Source: Promethearchaeota archaeon (GTDB taxonomy: Archaea; Asgardarchaeota; Lokiarchaeia; Sigyniarchaeales; SOKP01). From it: 15,277 nucleotides of DNA. The notes beneath the pieces are model-generated. The model was not told where the DNA came from. It searched no databases and saw only the letters and a list, made by a program, of their open reading frames with translations. A program made the translations under genes and the position numbers. The stretch is from NCBI GenBank assembly GCA_011364975.1, contig RDOE01000077.1:1-15277 (forward strand), in the 5' to 3' direction. Shown piece after piece: positions 8,272-15,277 of the stretch. The number at the start of each line of letters is the position of its first letter. Positions within the stretch are counted from its first letter, which is position 1.

Positions 8272-9189
8272 TTGAAACCAGATCTACTTTCGGATAATAA
8301 GGTTATAATTACTGCAGCTATTACGGGCGGTATTCATGGAAAGTGGGCGAATCCTTCCTTACCTATTACAGCTGAAGAACAAGCTCAAGCAGCTCTTGAA
8401 TGCTACGAAGCGGGCGCTTCAATAGTTCATATTCACGTTAGAGGAGATGATGGCCAAAATACACCTGATTTGAAATATTATAATAAAACTATTAAATTTA
8501 TAGGAGAGAATTGCCCTATTATAAGACAAATAGGGAATGGTATCGGAGCACGCCTAGAAGAACATCATTTTACTACAAAATCGGGCAAAAAAAGAGTTAC
8601 CACTGAGATCGTTCAGCCAACTCTCGAGCAGAGATTGAACTTATTAGAAATTGAACCTTCACCTGAAATGCATACCATTAATGCAGGTACATTTGAATTT
8701 AGAACACCATATGGAGGGTCCATTTTTCAAAATCCAATGGATTTTAATCGTACATATATCAAACGATGTAAAAAGAAGGGATTTGGCATTGAAATCGAGG
8801 TGTATGATTCAAGTCACATTTCCAATATTTTAGATTTTGTAGACACTGGATTACTCGAATCACCATTACATTTTAGTTTGGTACTGGGCATTAAAGGAGG
8901 TGCTCCTGCCACTCCTGAAAATCTTTTACAAATGGTTCATCAACTTCCAGAAGGTTCAACATGGCAAGTTGTAACTGTTGGAAAATATCACTTTCGAACA
9001 AATGCAATAGCGATGGCAATGGGGGGTAATGTAAGAACAGGGCTCGAAGATACAATTTATTATGGAAAGGGAGAGCTTGCACAAAGTAATGCACAATTAG
9101 TTAAAAGAATAGTTAAAATTGCGAAGGAATTAGGTAGAGAAATAGCTACTGTAGATGAAGCTAAGCAAATTCTAAATTTAAATCCCTAA
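8272..9189 (+). CDS. Beta-keto acid cleavage enzyme (BKACE / DUF849, Kce-like)
   Basis: Motifs IITAAITG, LPITAEE, EAGASIVHIHVR (Zn-binding HxH), EIEVYD, GGNVRTGLED and SNAQLV...GREIAT. TTG start. Confidence 0.93.
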   Translation: MKPDLLSDNKVIITAAITGGIHGKWANPSLPITAEEQAQAALECYEAGASIVHIHVRGDDGQNTPDLKYYNKTIKFIGENCPIIRQIGNGIGARLEEHHFTTKSGKKRVTTEIVQPTLEQRLNLLEIEPSPEMHTINAGTFEFRTPYGGSIFQNPMDFNRTYIKRCKKKGFGIEIEVYDSSHISNILDFVDTGLLESPLHFSLVLGIKGGAPATPENLLQMVHQLPEGSTWQVVTVGKYHFRTNAIAMAMGGNVRTGLEDTIYYGKGELAQSNAQLVKRIVKIAKELGREIATVDEAKQILNLNP

Positions 9190-9379
9190 CTGATTATAAA
9201 TTTAATTAATATCATTTTTTCTTTAAATTGGTTATAAAAATTAATAGATAGTCTTTTTAATAGACTCTATTTTAATCTATAAATTTATTAACAATTCCCA
9301 AAATGAATCAAAACATTTATTAAGTGAAATACCATCATTTTAGATAGAAATTAAATTATATTCAAAGAGGGCAAAATAA

Positions 9380-9763
9380 ATGTATCGAAAGAATCTAACT
9401 TGGTTCGGATTTAATATTACCCAAAAACAAGCAGTTCAAATCTTTACTTTATCACTTATTGGGATTGTGTTTTCTCTATTTATACTATCAACCTTTGTTG
9501 TATCATATTTAACAAGTTTTATGTACTACAATCCAGAATATTATCCTGAAAACTATTTAGTGCAAATGATATTGAGTATGAGCCCTTTCTTGATTCTCTT
9601 ATTGAGCGTTTTTTTATTAAGTTGCTACTCAGCAGCACGTTGCAGAAAAATAGCAAAATATTATTCTTATCATATGTTTAACCCCCCTAAATCAGAAAAT
9701 GTTCCCCAATATTGTCAAAATGCGGGCCATAATTTTTGTAAAAATTGTGGAGAACAATTTTAA
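9380..9763 (+). CDS. Small 2-TM membrane protein with a C-terminal zinc-ribbon-like tail
   Basis: Two hydrophobic segments, and the C-terminus reads YCQNAGHNFCKNCGEQF. A GAGGG SD-like motif lies at 9367-9371. Confidence 0.7.
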   Translation: MYRKNLTWFGFNITQKQAVQIFTLSLIGIVFSLFILSTFVVSYLTSFMYYNPEYYPENYLVQMILSMSPFLILLLSVFLLSCYSAARCRKIAKYYSYHMFNPPKSENVPQYCQNAGHNFCKNCGEQF

Positions 9764-9826
9764 ATTTGCAATATTTTTCTTTTGTTTCCAGGTTAAAAAT
9801 AAATAAAAAGAAAATTTGATTTATGA

Positions 9827-11242
9827 TTAGATTAATTCTGGGTGCTTTTTAAGCTCCTCTCTCATTTTTTCTAATTTTTCCCCATGTAAGTCATAAAATT
9901 TGAAGATTAAGATCGATATCAGAAGTGCTATTGCTGGAAATACAAACATCAATGATTTCAACGCAAGTTCGATTAACAGTGGATCTGAAGGAATAGGTGT
10001 GTATTCACTCCAACCAGTTCCTGCAAATAAGGGGGCTATTGTCGTAATCCCAAGGATCATTGAAAATCGATGGATAAAAGCATTTACTCCATAATAACTT
10101 GCGGCTCTCTTTATTCCAAATTTAAGAGCATCTTCGTCAATAACATCGCCATGTATTAAATCTACAAAAAAGAGTGCTGCAGACAATCCGAAACCAATTG
10201 TTCCGAATATCACAAACGATAATATTCTACTTATTTCGTTATTAGACAAAAATATTAATGGAAATAGGGTTATAATCCATATTCCCATCCCAAGCATTAT
10301 TCCTTTACGAGTGCCAATCTTATGTCTAATCTTAGCTTGAATAGGCATAAAGATAGCTGCGAATAAAAGTGCTACCATCAGAGTAACTCCAATTAAAAAA
10401 GCACCCTCCTCTCTACCAAGCACATATACTGAATAAAGAGGAAAGCTTGTTAGCAATATGTTAAAACAATACCAAATAAGCATGTTTCCAAATGTAAATT
10501 TAATAAAGGTTTTATTAGAAAAAGTTATTTTTAAGGATTCAAAGAAACCAGGTCGCTTTTCAAAATCGCTAACATCCTCCTCTTTTTCTTTTACACCAAA
10601 AAAAATGAATAATATTGCCATCACTAAGATAATTATTGCCATAATTAAACCCGAAATAATGTACTGAGATCGGATTAAAGCCACTTCTGCTGCATAACCA
10701 GGATCAGATTCAGGTAATGTTGGAACTATAGAGGATAAAACAATAGTCGGTATGAGTGATGCTAATATTACCGCAATTAGAGTAAAAATTTTTATAAACA
10801 CATTTACCTCTCCCCTTTGTTTTTCGGTTGGAAACATTTCAGGAAATATAGCATTGGTATTGACTGAGAACATGGTATAAAAGAGCTCAAAAGTAAAAAT
10901 TATAAAAATAAAATACCAAAACTCGAAATTGGTTGGTACAGTAAAGAGAAATATCATTATTAACGCTAATGGAATAAAAGAAATAATTAAGTAAAACTTA
11001 CGCTTCCCTAATTTTCCTTTTTGTTTAGTTTTTTCACTTAATGCTCCTAAAAGGGGGTCATTAAACATGTTCCATATACCCCATAAAACAAATCCTAGCC
11101 ACATTTGAAATGCATCTAGACCTACAACAGCGAAATAAAAAGTAAACACATAGATTGTAAACGCTTGATAGGTTAATTGATCTGGAAAGGCACTAGTAGC
11201 AAATAACACTCTCTCCTTTAAGGGAATTTTCCTTTCACTCAT
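9827..11242 (-). CDS. MFS transporter, glycoside-pentoside-hexuronide (MelB-like Na+/H+ symporter) family
   Basis: About 12 TM helices. Motifs WNMFNDPLLGALSE, GKRK, PEM..TEKQR, DVIDED....GIKRAASYYG and a terminal YDL. Confidence 0.9.
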   Translation of the reverse strand: MSERKIPLKERVLFATSAFPDQLTYQAFTIYVFTFYFAVVGLDAFQMWLGFVLWGIWNMFNDPLLGALSEKTKQKGKLGKRKFYLIISFIPLALIMIFLFTVPTNFEFWYFIFIIFTFELFYTMFSVNTNAIFPEMFPTEKQRGEVNVFIKIFTLIAVILASLIPTIVLSSIVPTLPESDPGYAAEVALIRSQYIISGLIMAIIILVMAILFIFFGVKEKEEDVSDFEKRPGFFESLKITFSNKTFIKFTFGNMLIWYCFNILLTSFPLYSVYVLGREEGAFLIGVTLMVALLFAAIFMPIQAKIRHKIGTRKGIMLGMGIWIITLFPLIFLSNNEISRILSFVIFGTIGFGLSAALFFVDLIHGDVIDEDALKFGIKRAASYYGVNAFIHRFSMILGITTIAPLFAGTGWSEYTPIPSDPLLIELALKSLMFVFPAIALLISILIFKFYDLHGEKLEKMREELKKHPELI

Positions 11243-11363
11243 AGTAAATCTCTTTTTTTTTTTTAATTATTGCAGATAATTGTATTAGATTTTGATCTTT
11301 TTAAAACTATAGTAAAACTAAACCAAATACTATTAATAGATTTACCATTTATCTATTCAGACT

Positions 11364-11377
11364 AAGATTTATATTTA
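11364..11377 (+). promoter_or_regulatory. Candidate archaeal TATA box (AAGA-TTTATATTTA) upstream of the COG1751-type gene
   Basis: Same AAGATTTATA core as the element at 5391-5402, lying about 45 nt upstream of the ATG at 11420. Confidence 0.35.
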
Positions 11378-11419
11378 AAAAACTAAATTTTGATAAAAAA
11401 CACTTAATTTGACATTAAA

Positions 11420-12004
11420 ATGACGGATTTAAAATTTGAAGTAACCTATTTTGAAAAAGCTGGACCTCATAATTTAGATAAAGCTCTAGAAATTGCTAAA
11501 AAATATGCAGAACAACTTCAGATTAAAGATATTGTTATTGCGAGTACTACAGGTACAACAGCAGAAAAAGCGGCAGAAATTTTCGATAGTAAGGATTTTA
11601 ATCTCATGGTTGTAACTCATGCCTATTATTTCGTTAATAATTCTATTAGACAAGAATTTCCAAAGGATAAAATGGATGATTTAAAAACTAGAGGCTTGAA
11701 ATTCCATGTAGGAACTCATGCGATGAGCGGTATCGAAAGAGGAATTAGAATAAAAAATGAAGCTTGGATATTTGTGGATTTGCTCGCTAAGATGCTTGGA
11801 TGGCAATTTAGTCAAGGTGTCAAGGTATGTATTGAGATAAGTAGCACTATATGTGATGCAGGCCTTATCGAAGACTTGAATAGAGATATAATTGCTGTAG
11901 CAGGTACTGGGAGGGGTGCTGACACCGTATGTTTGATTAAACCAGCCCCAACGAGTGACTTTAAAAACCTAAGAGTAAAAGCGATTTTAGCAAAACCGTT
12001 ATAA
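11420..12004 (+). CDS. Pyruvate-kinase C-terminal alpha/beta-like domain protein (COG1751/MTH1675-like), function unknown
   Basis: Motifs YFEKAGxxN, IVIASTTGTTA, VVTH, THAMSGIER, FSQGVKVCIEI, DAG and IAVAGTGRGADT. Confidence 0.85.
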   Translation: MTDLKFEVTYFEKAGPHNLDKALEIAKKYAEQLQIKDIVIASTTGTTAEKAAEIFDSKDFNLMVVTHAYYFVNNSIRQEFPKDKMDDLKTRGLKFHVGTHAMSGIERGIRIKNEAWIFVDLLAKMLGWQFSQGVKVCIEISSTICDAGLIEDLNRDIIAVAGTGRGADTVCLIKPAPTSDFKNLRVKAILAKPL

Positions 12005-12024
12005 TATACTAAAAAAAATTAAAA

Positions 12025-13212
12025 TTAGATAATAGATAACTTTCTTCCAACTTTTTCTATTGCCCTTAAAGCAGTATTTAAATCTTCTTTTGTAAGTAAC
12101 GCGTTCATCTGAACTCTGATTCGGGACAATTCTCTTGCTACCATTGGAAATACTATTGGTGTACCATATACATTTTCTTCTTCAAACAAAATTCTAGCAA
12201 GCTCTTGAGCCTTTCCAGGATCTCCAATGATTAATGGGATTATGGGCGTTTGGGAATTTCCAGTATTATATCCCATGTTTTGAACTTCTTTTTTAAAATA
12301 ATTTGTGTTGTCCCAGAGTCGTTTAACATGTTCCGGTTCATTTTCAACCACTTCAATCGATGCAATATTGGCAGCGAGAACACCCGGGGGATGAGCAGTA
12401 CTTAATAAATAAGTTCTACTTTTATTTGCACAAAATTCAATTAAATCCTTCGAACCAGCGACGGTTCCTCCAAAAACTCCGAAACCTTTACTCATAGAAC
12501 CACCTTCTACATGCACCTTTCCTTGCAATTTGAAATGTGCAACAATTCCTCGGCCTTCTCCTAAAACACCCTCACCATGACAGTCATCGACAAAAATCAT
12601 AGCCCCAAACTCCTCAGATACTTTCGCAATTTTATCCAAGGGAGCTATATCTCCATCCATTGAAAATACTCCATCAGTAATGATACAAATTCTTCTTGGT
12701 GCTTCTTTGTCTGCTTCTCTTAATTGCCGTTCCAAATCAGCTACATTATTATGTTTATAAATTATTCTTTTTGCCCCTGATAATCGTACTCCATCTATAA
12801 TAGAGCCATGATTCAATTCGTCCGAAACAACTATATCTTGTTTTCCTACTAACATTGGAATTAAACCAGAATTTACAGCAAAGCCAGTTTGGCATAATAA
12901 TGAAGCTTCTACTTCTTTAAACTTAGCAAATTTTTCTTGAAATTCTTTAGTTAAATTAAAAGAACCAGCAATAACTGGTACAGCTCCCGCACCCGCACCA
13001 TACTTTTTAGTGGCATCAATAGATGCTTGGATTATTTTTGGATGCGTTGCAAGCCCTAGATAATTATTAGTGTTTAACATCAACACTTTTTTACCATCAA
13101 CAATTGAATGTGGTTTAGAGGAATCTTCTAAATATCTTATAATCCATTCAAGGTTATTTTTTCTTAACTCTGTCATATCTTCTTTTAAAAACGCAACAGG
13201 GTCTCGTTTCAT
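12025..13212 (-). CDS. kbl: 2-amino-3-ketobutyrate CoA ligase (glycine C-acetyltransferase), PLP alpha-oxoamine synthase family
   Basis: Motifs NNYLGLA, SDELNHGSIIDG, TDGVFSMDGD, DDCH, the PLP lysine in SMSKGFG, and RIRVQM. It is divergent from a threonine dehydrogenase gene. Confidence 0.85.
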   Translation of the reverse strand: MKRDPVAFLKEDMTELRKNNLEWIIRYLEDSSKPHSIVDGKKVLMLNTNNYLGLATHPKIIQASIDATKKYGAGAGAVPVIAGSFNLTKEFQEKFAKFKEVEASLLCQTGFAVNSGLIPMLVGKQDIVVSDELNHGSIIDGVRLSGAKRIIYKHNNVADLERQLREADKEAPRRICIITDGVFSMDGDIAPLDKIAKVSEEFGAMIFVDDCHGEGVLGEGRGIVAHFKLQGKVHVEGGSMSKGFGVFGGTVAGSKDLIEFCANKSRTYLLSTAHPPGVLAANIASIEVVENEPEHVKRLWDNTNYFKKEVQNMGYNTGNSQTPIIPLIIGDPGKAQELARILFEEENVYGTPIVFPMVARELSRIRVQMNALLTKEDLNTALRAIEKVGRKLSII

Positions 13213-13216
13213 TAAA

Positions 13217-13221
13217 TCACC
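13217..13221 (-). promoter_or_regulatory. Shine-Dalgarno motif GGTGA for kbl
   Basis: The minus strand reads GGTGA-TTTA-ATG, a motif common in archaea. Confidence 0.6.
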
Positions 13222-13393
13222 AAAATTGTTTTGTAAGATCTACATAGATTATATTTTTAGTTTATTTTGAAAACTATATTAGTTTTTCTTAAAAAAAATA
13301 AAGAATAAAAATTTAAATCGGATAAATAAACCTTTTTTTATAAAGTAAATTATGAACTATACTAAATATCTAAATTAAATAGTGTTGAATAAA

Positions 13394-14341
13394 ATGAGAA
13401 GAATTCTTGTTATTGGTGCAGCTGGGCAAATAGGAAGTGAATTAGTACCTGCATTAAGAAAGAAGTATGGTAATGAAAATGTAATTGCCACGGGAAGAAA
13501 AACACCCCTACCGGATGTTATAAAAGAAACTGGTCCTGTTATTTATTTAGATGCGATTGACAAAGAAAGATTAGCTCAAGCACTATTTGAGTACGATATC
13601 AATACTATCTTTCATATGGCTTCAATTTTGTCCGCAACTGGAGAAAAGATGCCACAAATAGCTTGGGATATTAACATTAATGGGTTAATAAATGTTCTAG
13701 AGGCTGGAAGAAGTTACAATGTGGATAGAATCATTTGGCCTAGCTCTATAGCAGCTTTTGGTCCCACAACACCCCGAGATAATACTCCAAATACCACCAT
13801 TCTTCAACCTACAACTATTTATGGGATTAGCAAGGTAGCAGGTGAATTACTTGCTGAATATTATTATAAAAAGTATAAGTTAGATGTAAGATCAATGCGA
13901 TTGCCTGGGATAATTAGTAGTGAAACTTTGCCAGGCGGTGGTACTACAGATTATGCTGTGGAAATATTTTATGAAGCTATAAAACATAAGAATTATACCT
14001 GTTTTCTAAGGGAAGATACAATTTTACCAATGATGTATCAACCCGATTGCCTAAAATGTATGATAGACTTATTAGAAGCGGATAACTCTAGATTAAAGCG
14101 ACGTGTGTATAACGTTACAGGAATGAGTTTTTCAGCTGGTGAAATAGCTTCTGAGATAAAAAAGTATATTCCTGAGTTTTCAATTGAATATAAACCCGAT
14201 TTTAGACAAGAAATCGCTGATTCTTGGCCTCGTTCCATCGATGATTCACTAGCTCGTCAAGAATGGGATTGGAATCCAAGTTACGACTTAATTTCGATGA
14301 CTAAAGATATGATACAAACCCTAAGTAAAAGGTTAAAATAA
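13394..14341 (+). CDS. tdh: L-threonine 3-dehydrogenase, SDR/epimerase type (Zn-independent)
   Basis: Motifs GAAGQIG, LSATGE, PSSIAAFG, catalytic YGISK, the hallmark PGGGTTDYAV, LPMMY and RQEIADSWP. The ATG at 13394 is preferred over the GTG at 13382. Confidence 0.92.
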   Translation: MRRILVIGAAGQIGSELVPALRKKYGNENVIATGRKTPLPDVIKETGPVIYLDAIDKERLAQALFEYDINTIFHMASILSATGEKMPQIAWDININGLINVLEAGRSYNVDRIIWPSSIAAFGPTTPRDNTPNTTILQPTTIYGISKVAGELLAEYYYKKYKLDVRSMRLPGIISSETLPGGGTTDYAVEIFYEAIKHKNYTCFLREDTILPMMYQPDCLKCMIDLLEADNSRLKRRVYNVTGMSFSAGEIASEIKKYIPEFSIEYKPDFRQEIADSWPRSIDDSLARQEWDWNPSYDLISMTKDMIQTLSKRLK

Positions 14342-14421
14342 TAAGTCTAAACTTTCATCTCATAGAAAAATCTTTGGATTACTTTTCAAAATAATAATAA
14401 AAGGGAAAGATTAGATAATCA

Positions 14422-15277
14422 TTACTTTTTTAATTTTAATCCCGCACTATAAGTTGAAATTATAAGTTTCTTATTAATTAATGTATCTAAAGCCTTTAAA
14501 ACAGCATCCTCGTCTTTTTCTTGAATTAAATCAAGTGGATTTTGTAAATTAAATTCTTTCTTTTCTTTTGTTATCGATACTATAACATTGAAGAGCCGCC
14601 TTTCCATCTTTGATAATTCACCCGAATTTAGTATTTCGTCAACATATCTTTTGTCTTCGGTAATGATAAAAGTTCCAATATAATGAACAAACAAAAATTG
14701 ATTTATTAAATATTCTATTTCAGATCTTATAGAACTTATATCTCCCGTGAATTTAGCGAACTCTTCTGAGTACTGAGAATTTAAAGCTAAAGTTAAGAAA
14801 TATAATTGTTTCTTTAATCTCTCAGAACTTTTCTCCCTTAAAAAGATTAAGACTCGAAGGTTTCCATAATCACATACAAGTAATTGAAATATATTAAAGT
14901 CTAATTCTATTGTATATCTAGTGTATTCATTACGAGTTTTAAGTTTTTTATATTTAGTGAACTCTCGTTGAATTAATACCTCACTAAAATTGGTGATTGC
15001 TTGAATGAAGCCTGACACCAGAAAAGAATCATCATCACTTTCAAATATACGTATTTCTTGAGTATAGATTGGCAAACCACTATTTTTTTGGATTAACATA
15101 AATGCTTGGATATTTTTAACATCTTTGTATACTTGTATTTTATCCTTTAATTCTGCTTCCTTCTTTCTTTTTCGTGGGAGGAGTACATAAGTCCTGAGAC
15201 TAAACATTCCTAATGTACCAATGGCAACTGCTAATGAACCTATAAGGATCCACATTAAGTAATTAGGCGTTTCTGCT
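14422..15277 (-). CDS. 3' part of a membrane-anchored protein: TM helix, then a longin-like domain, then a winged-helix-like C-terminus; 5' end probably outside the window
   Basis: The frame stays open from 15255 to the window edge (AETPNYL-MWILI...). The TM segment is followed by PRKRKK, then IQAFMLIQKNSGLPIY...LVSGFIQAITNFS (longin-like beta-beta-alpha start), then LSKMERRL...VLKALDTLINKKLII. Confidence 0.75.
   Translation of the reverse strand, partial: AETPNYLMWILIGSLAVAIGTLGMFSLRTYVLLPRKRKKEAELKDKIQVYKDVKNIQAFMLIQKNSGLPIYTQEIRIFESDDDSFLVSGFIQAITNFSEVLIQREFTKYKKLKTRNEYTRYTIELDFNIFQLLVCDYGNLRVLIFLREKSSERLKKQLYFLTLALNSQYSEEFAKFTGDISSIRSEIEYLINQFLFVHYIGTFIITEDKRYVDEILNSGELSKMERRLFNVIVSITKEKKEFNLQNPLDLIQEKDEDAVLKALDTLINKKLIISTYSAGLKLKK

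Noticed and set aside
4021-10667. Antisense ORFs 4021-4266, 7292-7615, 7910-8161, 9900-10094 and 10458-10667
   Set aside because: These are K/I/N-rich shadows of Phe/Ile/Leu codons in membrane-protein genes on the opposite strand, with no recognisable motifs.
11253-11264. T12 homopolymer just upstream of the MFS start codon as a phase-variation switch
   Set aside because: It is non-coding, and long A/T runs are common in the intergenic DNA here. A single sequence gives no evidence of length variation.
12025-13212. Possible serine palmitoyltransferase (tempting given the Cwh43-like, ceramide-related gene) or BioF
   Set aside because: The adjacent threonine dehydrogenase and the Kbl-like RIRVQM and DDCH motifs favour Kbl. 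No ACP, ceramide synthase or biotin genes are in the window.
433-14238. Short ORFs 433-615, 6728-6910, 8651-8833, 8891-9094, 13070-13270 and 14038-14238
   Set aside because: They are 60-67 aa, lie within or across well-supported genes, and show no family signal.
1-15277. CRISPR arrays, tRNA/rRNA genes, riboswitches and IS elements
   Set aside because: All intergenic gaps are under ~200 bp and extremely AT-rich, with no regularly spaced repeats, GC-rich stems or transposase ORFs.

Overview
This is an AT-rich, gene-dense prokaryotic window with 13 intact CDSs and two genes cut by the window edges. I found no rRNA, tRNA, CRISPR array or mobile element. Archaeal-type TTTATA boxes, a GGTGA Shine-Dalgarno motif, oligo-T terminators, a COG1751-type protein and a membrane-anchored longin-like protein suggest an archaeon, most likely Asgard (Lokiarchaeia); this is inference. 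Two themes dominate. (1) Catabolism of 3-hydroxy or amino acids: a partial PLP Ser/Thr dehydratase-family gene, an enolase-superfamily enzyme with a non-canonical active site, a 3-hydroxyacyl dehydrogenase, a beta-keto acid cleavage enzyme (BKACE), AEC and GPH/MFS transporters, and a divergent kbl/tdh threonine-degradation pair. (2) A possible membrane-lipid module: a multi-pass membrane protein whose C-terminal EEP domain resembles the eukaryotic GPI-lipid remodelase Cwh43/PGAP2IP, placed head-to-head with a lysophospholipase-type hydrolase and upstream of an unknown membrane protein and a TspO-like protein. All family calls come from motif recognition by eye, not from database searches.
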